Assembly: GCA_044224875.1 (NCBI GenBank)
Contig: JBGAJQ010000011.1
Location: forward strand, 44,089 to 108,088
Reading direction: 5' to 3'
Source: Gemmatimonadaceae bacterium
GTDB taxonomy: Bacteria > Gemmatimonadota > Gemmatimonadetes > Gemmatimonadales > Gemmatimonadaceae
DNA: 64,000 nucleotides
Shown: piece after piece, positions 39,694-49,701 of the stretch
Layout of the letters: every line of letters starts with the position of its first letter
Position numbering within the stretch: the stretch's first letter is position 1
Made by a program: the position numbers and the translations under genes
The notes under the pieces: model-generated
What the model was told of the DNA's origin: nothing
Seen by the model: the letters and a program-made list of their open reading frames with translations, nothing else
Database searches by the model: none

Positions 39694-41598
39694 CTACCGC
39701 TTCGCCGCTAGCGTCGAGGACAGTTCTCCATACTGCCGCACCAGCTCGAGGAACTCGCGCCGGTATCCGTGCACGTCAGGGCCGCGCGACGCCTCGGCCC
39801 GGGCCACCACCTGTTCGAGCGACGCGTTGCCCCGGAGCTGCGAATCGCGCGCGATCATCGCGAATTCAGCGACCGCGCTGGCGAATGCAAAATCGCCAGC
39901 TAGCGCAACGGGCTCGTCAGCAACAACAGTGCGCAGCTCGCGGCTGGTGGACGCATCCCGCTCCTTGTATCGCACCTTCACCTGCAGGAGTTCAGCGCTT
40001 GCGGCCGCACGCGTGGGCATGCGCGACCCCTGATATCGCAGGTCGCCCGTCGTCGTGGCGGGATCTATCACCGCATCCGCTGGCACCACTTCGTACAGCG
40101 CCGTGACCGAGTGCCCAGCCCCCATGTCGCCGGCATCCTTGGCGTCGTTCGTAAAATCCTCATCGTTCAATCGCCGGTTCTCGTATCCAAGCAGCCGATA
40201 CGATGCCACGCGCGCCGGGTTGAACTCGACTTGCACCTTCACGTCCTTCGCGACCGTCAGCAGCGTGCCCCCGAGTTCATGGACGAAGACCTTGCGCGCC
40301 TCGAGTGGCGAATCGATGTACGCGTAATTGCCGTTCCCCCGATCCGCCAGCTTCTCCAGTTTGCTGTCCTTGTAGTTACCCATCCCGAATCCGAGCACGG
40401 TGAGGAATGTGCCGTCGGCACGCTTCTCTTCGATCAGACGCTCCATCTCGGCGTCGCTCGAGACTCCCACGTTGAAGTCACCGTCGGTGGCGAGGATGAC
40501 ACGGTTGTTCCCGCCGAAGATGAAGTTTGCCTTGGCCACGTCGTATGCGAGGCGTATCCCCGCACCCCCTGCGGTCGACCCACCCGCCTCCAGGCGCTCC
40601 ACGGCGTCGCGAATCTCCGCCTTGTGCGATCCGGGCGTCGACGGAAGCACGAGTCCAGCCGCACCGGCATACACCACGATGGCGACATGGTCGTTTTCCC
40701 GCAGCTGGTCCACGAGCATGAGAAAGGCACTCGTGAGCAGCGGCAGCTTGTTCACATCTGCCATCGACCCCGACACGTCGATGAGAAACACCAGGTTGCT
40801 CGGGGGCAGCTTGGCTAGATCCACATCGCGCGCGCGAAGTGCCACCCGGACCAGGCGATGCTGCGTCGCCCACGGTGCCACGGCTACATCGGCGACAACC
40901 TTCACCGGAACGCGCGCATCCGTCGGCGTCGCATAGTCATACGGGAAGTAGTTCACCAGCTCCTCCAGCCGAACCGCATCGGCCGGCGGAAGCTGTCCGG
41001 ACCGGATGAACCGTCGCACGTTCGAGTACGCGGCGCGATCCACGTCCACGCTGAACGTTGACAGCGGGACATCGCGCGCCGAACGGAAGGGATTCTCCTC
41101 GATGCGATCGTAGGACTCGGTGTTCCACTCGTTATCCCGAGTTGCGCGCTCTTGCTTTCTCGCCGATTTCCCGCGCGGTGCAACCGACGCGTGTGCTCGC
41201 ATCATGGTGGGCGCGGCGGCGGCGCCCGTCACCACGACTTGCTGGAGCGAGAGGGTCGCCTGCGACATGGTCAGGTCAACCCGCACGGTATCCCCGTCAA
41301 CACGCACCGTCTGCTGCAACGCCTGGTACCCGATCAAACGCACGTCAAGCGTCACGTCGCGCCCACGCAGTGAGTCTGGGAGTCGGAGACTCCAACGGCC
41401 GACGCTGTCGGTGACGGCCCCGAGGTGATGGCTTCGAATCCCAACTTGGGCGCCTGCAACGGGACGCGCGGTCGTGGCCTCACGTACCGTTCCCTGCAGG
41501 ACCGGAGCGGTTGCGACGAGCGCGAGTGGTCGCGGTGGCGACGCGGTGATGGCGACGAAGGACAGGCCGACCATCGAACTGACAAAGGAACGGACCAT
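39694..41598 (-). CDS. Secreted YfbK-like von Willebrand factor A protein with N-terminal carboxypeptidase-regulatory-like domain
   Basis: STFSVDVD, MIDAS motif DVSGSM, ATDGDFNVG, YRLLGYENR and DAGDMGAGHSVTALYE; AGGAG RBS. Confidence 0.9.
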   Translation of the reverse strand: MVRSFVSSMVGLSFVAITASPPRPLALVATAPVLQGTVREATTARPVAGAQVGIRSHHLGAVTDSVGRWSLRLPDSLRGRDVTLDVRLIGYQALQQTVRVDGDTVRVDLTMSQATLSLQQVVVTGAAAAPTMMRAHASVAPRGKSARKQERATRDNEWNTESYDRIEENPFRSARDVPLSTFSVDVDRAAYSNVRRFIRSGQLPPADAVRLEELVNYFPYDYATPTDARVPVKVVADVAVAPWATQHRLVRVALRARDVDLAKLPPSNLVFLIDVSGSMADVNKLPLLTSAFLMLVDQLRENDHVAIVVYAGAAGLVLPSTPGSHKAEIRDAVERLEAGGSTAGGAGIRLAYDVAKANFIFGGNNRVILATDGDFNVGVSSDAEMERLIEEKRADGTFLTVLGFGMGNYKDSKLEKLADRGNGNYAYIDSPLEARKVFVHELGGTLLTVAKDVKVQVEFNPARVASYRLLGYENRRLNDEDFTNDAKDAGDMGAGHSVTALYEVVPADAVIDPATTTGDLRYQGSRMPTRAAASAELLQVKVRYKERDASTSRELRTVVADEPVALAGDFAFASAVAEFAMIARDSQLRGNASLEQVVARAEASRGPDVHGYRREFLELVRQYGELSSTLAAKR

Positions 41599-41872
41599 AC
41601 GGCACTCCTGTGTGTGGAGAGGGGACGACATCGAGCGTGCAGGCTTGCACACTCGCGAGCTCACAGGAGTGCGGCAGTCGCTCTGGACCTGAGCGCCACG
41701 GCCGATCAGCTTCCCTACACGCCTTGGCTCGCCCCGTTCCGATCGCGGACTGCCCCTGAGCAAGTGGCCGAGGCGTGCCAGGCCACCATGCGCCTCCCCC
41801 CCGCAGGAGCGCCACCCTCTCGCTGGCCCGTTCCGAACATCGCCGCGTCATTCACCGTTGCGGAATCCACGA

Positions 41873-44509
41873 TCAGTGCCTTCCCACCATGCGTGCGATC
41901 GGCTGAGAGTCACCTTGGCAGATGAACGCTGCCCAATAGTACGGCGCGGGATATCGCGACCGAACGAGCTGCTGCGCGTGGCGCAGGGCATCCGCCCTCC
42001 CCTTCCCTGCGATCAGTGCCTCGTAGAAGTGTGTCATCAGCAGCTGCGTTTGTTCGTCCGGCACCTTCCACAAACTCAGCACGAGCGTCCTGGCCCCGGC
42101 CACGGCAAAGGCGCGGCGAAGACCCATTACCCCTTCACCCGCGACCATGTCGCCAAGCCCTGTCTCGCACGCGGAAAGCACGACCAACTCCGTGGCCGTC
42201 AGGTCCATCGCGACGATGTCCTCGCCATTCACTATGCCGTCGTCTATTCCTTGCGACAGCAACTCGCCGCGCAACCACCCGTTCGCGCCACTCAACGCCA
42301 GGCCAGAGCGAACCAGAGGGTTTTGCGAAGCCGCCGTCAATCGCGCCTCGGCTGTGTCGACGGGCGCGCCTGACACTTGAGTCGCCTCACCAAGAAAGAA
42401 GCCGTGGGTGGCAATGTGGATTACGGCCGGTGAGCGCGCCCCTTTGAGCAACTCCTCTCGCGCGGCCGCGCCGAGATGGGGCTCCACGCCGAGGAGGCGC
42501 GCTACCGCGGTTCCCTCCGCGCGAGTGGCGGGAAGTCGTGCGAATGTCACACCACTCCGCGTGAGGTGCTGACGAAGCTGCTCCCGATCGCCGATCGATG
42601 GCGCAGGCTCGACGCGGCTGTCCACGTTCGTTGCTCCATGGGCCGACGCGAGTGCACCGCGCGTTGCATCGTAGTCGGGGTCCGCCAGCACGGTGGAGCC
42701 CCCGCGGGCCGATGCCACAGCCCGAGACAGTCGGCGTAGGTCTCGACCGACACCGAAGTAGCTGATATCGAACGTGTCGATCAGACAACCGCCAGCACCA
42801 TCCGGCAGCGCCGCAACCGGCACTCGCGCAATCTCACCATCGGGTGCAATGAACAGCCGCGTGCGTGTGGCGATCGCCGGCAGGAGTGGCTCCAACAGCC
42901 GAGCGCGCAACGGGGTGCCGTCGTCTTCGACAGGAGCGTCGTCGTCCGCCCGACCAAGGTCTCGGCGCCCACCTGCTGGATCGTCGGACTCGGTGGTATG
43001 CGCCACGGCACTTCGGTACGAGCGAATCAGCCGGTCGACGTCGGGAGCCGGACCTATGTCCACCAGGTGCGTGGTCGCGTGCGCACCCCCCAAGACTACG
43101 AAGGCGATGTACCAATCCCGTGAGGCATCCTCCAGCGCATCTGGGGCCACCGACATCGTCTCACGTCGCGTGAACCTGACGAACTCGATGAGCGCCGCAT
43201 CGTCGGGCAACAGGGTGGCGATCGACGCCGCCGTGACGTCCCGCAGCGCGGGGTCGAGGTCCATGTCCGGGATGCGTGATGCGATTTCCCACTCGAGCCG
43301 CTCGATCGCTCCCATCGCCTCTGCGGGAACATCGCCACCCGTCAGCCTCAACTCCGCGACCTTGCCTCGCTCCTCCGCAAGCGCCGTCATGAGCGACGCG
43401 AGCTCCGGGTCGGTGCCGCGCGAAACCGCCCGCCGCTGCGTGGCCAGTAGTTCGGCACCAAGCGCCTTTCGGGCAAGGATCAAGTCGCAGGCTTCCTGAA
43501 TGATCGACGCATCCCGCGGCGCGGCCGCCAGCACCAAGTCCAGGTACTGGCTGACGTTCCAATACACCAGGCTCAAGCTGCCCATACGCTCTCGCTCGGA
43601 CCCGTGCGCCACCCAGTGACCCACCGGGTCCTCACGAATCGATCGACGGAGCAACGCCAACGCGGCGGCCGGGTCCCCGAGGCGAACCCGCGCCTTCGCC
43701 AGTTGGCGACAGAAGTTTGCTACGTTCTCGCCAGCTCCATCCAGCACCGCGATCGCGTCGGATAGTAGGTGCGCGCCCTCCTCGAACTGTCCATGTACCA
43801 CGTGATACGACCCAAGCATGGCCCGCCGACGCGCAACGTCGAGGCTATCGTGCCCGTTAGAGTCCTCGGAGTGTTGTAGGGCGACGTGGAAGGCATCGAG
43901 GGCGCGGACGACGCTCGCTTCGTCGCCGGCCTTCATCGCCCGCCAAAACGCGAGGTCGGCCCGACACCATTCAATGTAGGTGACAGTCGGGTGCAAGCCG
44001 CCCAGGGCCAAGCTCATGATCCGAATCGCTTCGCTGTACGCCGCCAGTGCTTCATCCTCCATGCCGGCATTCTCGTACGACAACGCCAGCATGCTCTGGC
44101 AGCGACCGACGCCCTCATGGTCCGGTCCAAAGAGCTCGACAAAGCGTGCGTTTGCGTGGCCGAGCAATAGAATCGCACGCCAACCGAGTCGCATCTTCGT
44201 ATAGAGCGAGCCGTAGTCCAAGAGAAGTTCGGCCTTGAGTGGCGTGGCCTCCCCCTCGGTGGGGTTGAGTACACTGCACGCAGCGTTGTAGCTGGGCTCC
44301 GCCGCCGTCAGGTCGCCGCTCTGTGCCTGCAGACGCGCAAGGCGCAGGAGGTACTCGGCGACCCTGGGGTCCTTCTGTCCGCCAGCTTCAAGCGCAAGAC
44401 GCGCGGCCTGTTCGGCGAATGTGCACGCCGCCCCCAAGTCCCCCGCGCTGGCATGGGCGTCGGCGGCGGTGGAGAGCTTTTCGACCTGCGTCCATTTGCG
44501 CGATGTCAT
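41873..44509 (-). CDS. TPR-CHAT (caspase-like) protease
   Basis: N-terminal TPRs; IAPDG, catalytic HIATHG and LSACETG; SLWKVPD and PYYWAAF. Confidence 0.9.
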   Translation of the reverse strand: MTSRKWTQVEKLSTAADAHASAGDLGAACTFAEQAARLALEAGGQKDPRVAEYLLRLARLQAQSGDLTAAEPSYNAACSVLNPTEGEATPLKAELLLDYGSLYTKMRLGWRAILLLGHANARFVELFGPDHEGVGRCQSMLALSYENAGMEDEALAAYSEAIRIMSLALGGLHPTVTYIEWCRADLAFWRAMKAGDEASVVRALDAFHVALQHSEDSNGHDSLDVARRRAMLGSYHVVHGQFEEGAHLLSDAIAVLDGAGENVANFCRQLAKARVRLGDPAAALALLRRSIREDPVGHWVAHGSERERMGSLSLVYWNVSQYLDLVLAAAPRDASIIQEACDLILARKALGAELLATQRRAVSRGTDPELASLMTALAEERGKVAELRLTGGDVPAEAMGAIERLEWEIASRIPDMDLDPALRDVTAASIATLLPDDAALIEFVRFTRRETMSVAPDALEDASRDWYIAFVVLGGAHATTHLVDIGPAPDVDRLIRSYRSAVAHTTESDDPAGGRRDLGRADDDAPVEDDGTPLRARLLEPLLPAIATRTRLFIAPDGEIARVPVAALPDGAGGCLIDTFDISYFGVGRDLRRLSRAVASARGGSTVLADPDYDATRGALASAHGATNVDSRVEPAPSIGDREQLRQHLTRSGVTFARLPATRAEGTAVARLLGVEPHLGAAAREELLKGARSPAVIHIATHGFFLGEATQVSGAPVDTAEARLTAASQNPLVRSGLALSGANGWLRGELLSQGIDDGIVNGEDIVAMDLTATELVVLSACETGLGDMVAGEGVMGLRRAFAVAGARTLVLSLWKVPDEQTQLLMTHFYEALIAGKGRADALRHAQQLVRSRYPAPYYWAAFICQGDSQPIARMVGRH

Positions 44510-44590
44510 GTCAGCAGGCTAGACGATTGGCGATGGAGGAAACGCATTCTACAACAACGGTCGTGCGCTTGCATCGCGTAGCGGGCGCCT

Positions 44591-44610
44591 GTACTTTGCG
44601 ATACAAAGCG
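44591..44610. promoter_or_regulatory. Palindromic operator CTTTG-N5-CAAAG overlapping a putative -10
   Basis: GTACTTTGCGATACAAAGCG. TTGCAT-N17-TACTTT lies at 44569-44597. Matches 10516-10535. Confidence 0.6.
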
Positions 44611-44687
44611 CGACTCACGGCAGCGACGCGGACGCAGGGCGTCGCTGTCGCCGCGGCGAGCATTCGCGTGAGGATCGGAGGCCATCC

Positions 44688-45182
44688 ATGAAGCTGGCAA
44701 TGCGACGGATTCGAGCGGCCTTGGGAATTGGCGTGACGTGGGGAGCCGCGATGTTTGGAGTTGGTCTGCTGCTGGCCGCTGCCACGGGCTTCACGAACGA
44801 TGCGCCCTTCCCGCTGCTCTTTGGCGCGATGGGCTTCCTCGCCGGCATCGTTTTCTCCGGGCTTCTCGCGGCAACGCAAGGCGGTCGAACACTCGAGCAC
44901 ACCTCGTTTCGCCGCATGGCCGGCTGGGGTGCACTAGGCGGAGCGCTCCTCTCCGGCCTTCTGGTAGTGGGTGTGACACTGAGCGGGGAGCCGCTATGGG
45001 GCGAGGCCTTGGCGATCATCCCGTCGTTCACCCTCGCGGGCGCGGCCTGCGCCGCCGGGTCCCTTGCCTTGGCGCGGCGCGCCACTCGGCGCGACGCCAT
45101 CACGGCCGGCGAGGACTTGAGCGACGTCGGCCTCACCGAGCGGGAAAAGGAGACGTTACTCGGGACTGGAAAGGCGAAGTAG
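44688..45182 (+). CDS. Uncharacterised 4-TM membrane protein (paralog of 10696..11181)
   Basis: GGAGG RBS; shared motifs RRxRxxxGxGxxW, WGA and SLALARRA...VGLT..E...LLG. Confidence 0.8.
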   Translation: MKLAMRRIRAALGIGVTWGAAMFGVGLLLAAATGFTNDAPFPLLFGAMGFLAGIVFSGLLAATQGGRTLEHTSFRRMAGWGALGGALLSGLLVVGVTLSGEPLWGEALAIIPSFTLAGAACAAGSLALARRATRRDAITAGEDLSDVGLTEREKETLLGTGKAK

Positions 45183-45209
45183 CGCGCTTTCCCCAGTCAT
45201 CGCTCGTCG

Positions 45210-45470
45210 TTACATCTGTCGACTCAACGCGCGAGCCGTCTTCACGTCGCGAAACTTCGTGTTGTCTGGAAGGCGCAGTTCACCAACCAGGCTGTCACGG
45301 TGGACAACAAAGCGCCACGTGCCCTGCGGCATCACACAGGTGAGTGTTGCTGCTGACGGTACAACGTGGCAGGTGAGGACACCCATCTCCTCTTCCGTAC
45401 CTCCCACGAGCTTGCGTGCATCAATCGACACGCTATCCACGCCGGACCGGTGGTCGCCACGGCCGTTCAC
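45210..45470 (-). pseudogene. Probable 5'-truncated remnant of a small beta-rich secreted protein gene
   Basis: Coding-like DSVSIDARKLV...MGVLTC...GTWRF...GELRLPD segment, without a signal peptide or RBS. Confidence 0.4.
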
Positions 45471-45586
45471 ATCCGCGAACTCGGGCCAGTGCCTTTCCCC
45501 ACGTACATATATCTATGGTAGGCGGACTTGCGGCAAGCCCCCCGTCTGACTCCATAGTTCGCGCCGTTCTCACCCGGAGTGTCGCG

Positions 45587-47089
45587 ATGAAATCGTATGC
45601 GGTTGTGATTGCGGGCGGAGGCCCAACTGGCCTGATGCTCGCCGGTGAGTTGGCGCTGGCGGGAGTGGAGGTGGCGGTTGTGGAGCGACGGCCGAACCAG
45701 CAGCTCTCGGGGGCCCGGGCACTCGGCATCTCCTCGCGCACCATCGAGGTCCTCGACCAACGCGGCATTGCCGACCGCTTCCTTGCAGCGGGCAAGACGG
45801 CGCAAGTCACCGGCTTCGCCGTCACCCGACTGGACATCAGCGACTTCCCGACACGACACAACTACGGACTCGCGCTCCGACAGAAGCACATCGAGCGCAT
45901 ACTCGCCGACTGGGTCACGGAGCTCAACGTGCCAATCCTCTACGGTCGAGACGTAACCGGGTTCACGCAAGACAGCGCGGGAATCGACGTTAGTCTCAAC
46001 GACGGATCGGCACTGCGCGCACAATACCTCGTCGGCTGCGACGGTGGGCGAAGTGTTGTGCGCAAGGCGGCGGGTATCGACTTCCCCGGTTGGGACGCGA
46101 CCACCAGCAACCTACTTGCCGAAGTCGAGATGACGGAGCGACCTCCCTACGGTGTGCATCGCTCGGCGGTAGGACTCTATGCGTTCGGACGTGAAGAGTT
46201 CGAGTTCAAGGGCACCGAGATCGTCTACAAGGAGGTCGGGCCGATCGGCGTGATGGTGACGGAACCGAACACCGACTCCATCACCAACGAGCCGACGCTT
46301 GATGACCTCAAGCGGCTGCTCATTGCAGCATGTGGCACTGACTACGGGGTGCACAACGCTACTTGGATCTCCAGATTCACTGACACGACGCGACAGGCAG
46401 CGCAGTACCGCAGCGGACGCGTGCTGCTTGCCGGTGACGCCGCGCACGTGCATTCGCCGATTGGCGGACAGGGGCTCAGCCTGGGCGTGCAGGATGCGGT
46501 GAACCTGGGGTGGAAGCTGGCGGCGGTGGTCAATGGCACCTCGAGCGACACCCTGCTCGACACCTATCACGCCGAACGTCACCCCGTTGGCGCGCGCGTA
46601 CTCAAGGCCACGATGGCGCAAGTCGCATTGCATCGTGAGGACGATCGCACCCTCGCGGCTCGCGACATCGTCAGCGACCTGCTCAAGATGGAAGAACCTC
46701 GCCGGTCCATCGCCGGCATGATGTCCGGCCTGGACATCCGGTACGACCTGGGACCGGGGCACCCGCTCCTTGGGCGACGCATCCCCGATCTCGACATCGT
46801 CACAGAGAGTGGACCGCGGCGCATCTTCTCCTTTCTGCACCGTGCACGACCGGTGCTGCTGAACTTCGGTGCTCCCGCTTCGATCGACATCTCGCGCTGG
46901 GCAGATCGCGTTCAGCACGTCGGCGCGACGTACACGGGCACGTGGTCACTGCCTGTGATCGGCGACGTCGTTGCGCCCACCGCCGTGTTGGTTCGACCTG
47001 ACGGCTACGTGGCGTGGGTTGGCGATGGGACCGCGCAGGGATTGGCGGACGCATTGGCGACCTGGTTTGGCGAGCCGGCCACCGGGTAA
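45587..47089 (+). CDS. FAD-dependent monooxygenase (class A, Rox/aromatic hydroxylase-like)
   Basis: GGGPTG, GCDGGRS, LAGDAAHVHSP.GGQG...G.QDA.NL.WKL, YHAERHPVG and LVRPDGYVAW. Confidence 0.9.
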   Translation: MKSYAVVIAGGGPTGLMLAGELALAGVEVAVVERRPNQQLSGARALGISSRTIEVLDQRGIADRFLAAGKTAQVTGFAVTRLDISDFPTRHNYGLALRQKHIERILADWVTELNVPILYGRDVTGFTQDSAGIDVSLNDGSALRAQYLVGCDGGRSVVRKAAGIDFPGWDATTSNLLAEVEMTERPPYGVHRSAVGLYAFGREEFEFKGTEIVYKEVGPIGVMVTEPNTDSITNEPTLDDLKRLLIAACGTDYGVHNATWISRFTDTTRQAAQYRSGRVLLAGDAAHVHSPIGGQGLSLGVQDAVNLGWKLAAVVNGTSSDTLLDTYHAERHPVGARVLKATMAQVALHREDDRTLAARDIVSDLLKMEEPRRSIAGMMSGLDIRYDLGPGHPLLGRRIPDLDIVTESGPRRIFSFLHRARPVLLNFGAPASIDISRWADRVQHVGATYTGTWSLPVIGDVVAPTAVLVRPDGYVAWVGDGTAQGLADALATWFGEPATG

Positions 47090-47292
47090 TTCCAGAGGGC
47101 GTTCACCCACGCCCCACGAAGCGTCACCATGCGGAAGTACTTGCACGATGGGGCGCGCGACGGTGAGTTTCTGGAGGTCAAACCCGGCGCCTGCCCCATC
47201 AACGCGAACTCGCATGATGCAACCCGTCCCGCGCAGGCTCAACGCAACCAGCGTACTCCATACCTTACCGTGGATCGCGGGACGTGAGCTCT

Positions 47293-48252
47293 ATGCCAGG
47301 TGACCGGACGTCAGCAACACCGAGCACCGATCGTCCCGCGACAGACGCGCCGCCGCCAGTCGGGGCTGCGGCGTGTTTGAATTGCGGCGCGCCGCTCACC
47401 GGACTCTTCTGTGCATCCTGCGGACAGCGCGACATTCCGCCATACCCGAGCCTCCGTGAACTGGCGTTCGACGCGTTTTCGGAATTCTCGGGATGGGATG
47501 GCCGGCTGGCGGTCACCGCCCGCGCGCTCCTGTTCCGCCCCGGCTCGCTGACACGCGAATTCCTCGAGGGACGTCGGGCCCGGTACCTCGCGCCAATACG
47601 GTTGTACCTCATGGCGAGCATCGTGTACTTCCTGCTCGCGGCGTCGGCACCTAACGTGACGTTGGCGTCGGGCGAAACGCTTGGGACGGGACTGCGTGTG
47701 AGTGCGTCGGGAGCGAAGCCAACCGCTGGCGTCGCGCTGCCCTCGAGCCCAACGCGCACCGATTCCGGTCCGCTCACCCCCGCGGACCGGGAGAATGCCC
47801 TCAAGAGTGTCGAAGCTGCACCGGCGCTCCTTCGGCCGTTTCTGCGCCGCGCCATTGACGACCCAGAGGCGTTCAAGCGGGACATCCTCGTCGCGCTCCC
47901 ACGGATGCTCTTTGCGTTGCTTCCTGTCTTCGCCGCCATCGTCGCCCTGCTCTACCGCGGTCGGAAGTATCCTGAGCACCTGTACTTCGCGTTGCACCTC
48001 CACGCTTTCATCTTCCTGGCGCTCGCAATCACCGAACTGGTGAAGTTCACCGGCCACGCGACGCCTGTTATCGCCAGTGGAATCGGCGCCCTAGTGGTGA
48101 TCCCGTTCTACGCCACCCTCGCGTTTCGCCGAGTATATGGAGGCTCTCTCGTGAGCACTCTGGCGAAGGAGATCGCGATCGGCGCGATCTACGGCGTGAC
48201 GTCGCTCGCCGCGTTTGCCATCGTCGTCTTGTTCGTGGCGCGTTTCACCTGA
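47293..48252 (+). CDS. DUF3667 domain membrane protein
   Basis: CLNCG...FCASCGQ, LLFRPGSLTREFLEGRR.RY..P.RLY and EHLYFALH. Confidence 0.85.
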   Translation: MPGDRTSATPSTDRPATDAPPPVGAAACLNCGAPLTGLFCASCGQRDIPPYPSLRELAFDAFSEFSGWDGRLAVTARALLFRPGSLTREFLEGRRARYLAPIRLYLMASIVYFLLAASAPNVTLASGETLGTGLRVSASGAKPTAGVALPSSPTRTDSGPLTPADRENALKSVEAAPALLRPFLRRAIDDPEAFKRDILVALPRMLFALLPVFAAIVALLYRGRKYPEHLYFALHLHAFIFLALAITELVKFTGHATPVIASGIGALVVIPFYATLAFRRVYGGSLVSTLAKEIAIGAIYGVTSLAAFAIVVLFVARFT

Positions 48253-48413
48253 CGTTGGCGCTGGCCCGTTGGGTGACGCGCGTCTCCCGCATTGTCAACT
48301 GCGCACGTCGAGATGCCCAGCACACTCCCCATCTCAACGTCACCACCCCGGCTTAGCAGACCGGCATTCGTCCGAGCGTGGCGACCCGATACCGCCCCGA
48401 ACGGAAATCGAGA

Positions 48414-48441
48414 CAATACTTAGGTATTGACCTTAGTATTG
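48414..48441. promoter_or_regulatory. Palindromic operator upstream of an ArsR gene
   Basis: CAATACTTAGG-N6-CCTTAGTATTG, a 10/11 inverted repeat; AT-rich and containing TTGACC. Confidence 0.65.
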
Positions 48442-48495
48442 CTACGGTGTACGTTCCGTCCATCAGGCACGCACCTAACCAGTGACGGTGATGAC

Positions 48496-48837
48496 ATGGC
48501 ACAGCTCGCAGTTGCCGACGACGTCTTTCACGCCCTGTCAAATGCAACACGGCGAAAGGTCTTGGAGCACCTGTCCGTTGGGCCCGCCACCGTGAGCGAG
48601 TTGGCGGCTCCGTTCGACATGCAGCTCCCATCGTTCGTGCAGCACCTCTCCGTGCTCGAACAGAGTCGCCTGGTGAAGTCGAAGAAGCGCGGGCGCGTGC
48701 GAACGTACGAAATCGTACCCGAACGGTTCAAAGTCGCGGAGAACTGGCTAGCCGAGCGTCGTCAGGAATGGGAGGCTCGTCTGGACCGGTTCGACCAATA
48801 CGTCAAACAACTCAAGGAAAAGGAATCGAGATCATGA
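48496..48837 (+). CDS. ArsR/SmtB family transcriptional regulator
   Basis: VFHALS..TRR, ELAAPFDMQLPSF.QHL.VLE and WEARLDRFD. Confidence 0.9.
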   Translation: MAQLAVADDVFHALSNATRRKVLEHLSVGPATVSELAAPFDMQLPSFVQHLSVLEQSRLVKSKKRGRVRTYEIVPERFKVAENWLAERRQEWEARLDRFDQYVKQLKEKESRS

Positions 48838-49325
48838 GTGCTCAATTCGCCTTCAATCCGAAATTGGACTTCGCCATCGAACGATTCATCGACGCACCCC
48901 CTCGCCTCGTCTGGGAAGCGCTGACGAAACCGGAGCATCTCAAGGAATGGTACATGCCCAAGGCGTGGGGGCGTGTGGCGCACACTGAGATGGACGTGCG
49001 ACCTGGCGGCGCCTTCAGCATCGACATTGCAACGGGCGACGGCCACGAGGTGCCGAACCTTGGGTGCTTCCTGGACGTGGTGCCGATGCAACGACTCGTC
49101 TGGACCTCAATGCTGTTCCCGGGCTACCGTCCGGCCGTCTTCGACGACATCCCGATCACCGCCATCGTCACGATGGAAGCTGCCGGTACCGGCACCCGTT
49201 ATGTCTTCACTGCCCTGCACCGTGACGAAGCCGATCTCGAGAAGAACAAGGCATCGGGTTTTTATCAAGGGACGGAGATCGCAGTCGACCAGTTTGTCGC
49301 TCACGTGGCGTCCCTGAAGAAGTGA
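48834..49325 (+). CDS. SRPBCC/AHSA1 family protein
   Basis: ATGA overlap with the ArsR stop; ERFIDAP..LVW.A.T.PEHL..W and DVRPGG. Confidence 0.9.
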   Translation: MSAQFAFNPKLDFAIERFIDAPPRLVWEALTKPEHLKEWYMPKAWGRVAHTEMDVRPGGAFSIDIATGDGHEVPNLGCFLDVVPMQRLVWTSMLFPGYRPAVFDDIPITAIVTMEAAGTGTRYVFTALHRDEADLEKNKASGFYQGTEIAVDQFVAHVASLKK

Positions 49326-49423
49326 CGCCCGGTCAAACCCTCTGCAGCGTCTGAGTGTCCTCGTTCTGACCAAGGCCTCGCTGTTGCCCTGACAGGACTC
49401 ACTCGACATGCAGATCCCGCTCG

Positions 49424-49651
49424 CTGGGTGAGAGCGTTCGCTTCACGCTCGTAGGAGCTGCGATTGGGCTGACGGTCGCCGCCGTCGCCGCGAAGTGGCT
49501 GGAGCCACTGCTCTTTCACCAGTCGGGCACGGACCCGCTGGTGTTCAGCGGCGTCGCAGGGGCCATGGTTCTTGTTGCGTTAGGTGCCAGCGCGCTCCCT
49601 GGCTGGCGGGCCTCGGGACTGGACGTGGCGCGGGTGCTGAAGGGAGAGTAG
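49424..49651 (+). pseudogene. Orphan 3' fragment of an FtsX-type ABC permease
   Basis: LGESVRFTLVGAAIGLTVAAVAAKWLEPLLFHQSGTDPLVF...ASALPGWRASGLDVARVLKGE*; no start codon. Confidence 0.75.
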
Positions 49652-49701
49652 TTCCACGGCCCGTCGCTCGTCGGTTGCAACGAACGTGGTGACTCGCCGA
49701 C

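Noticed and set aside
41715..41740. GGAAC-N15-GTGTA ECF-like promoter before the vWA gene
   Set aside because: Single copy with atypical spacing; not supportable.
48247..48479. ACCTGAC/GTTGGGT pair after DUF3667 and ACCTAAC at 48473 as attC parts
   Set aside because: The pair spans only 28 bp, too short for an attC, and the other site lies in the ArsR leader.
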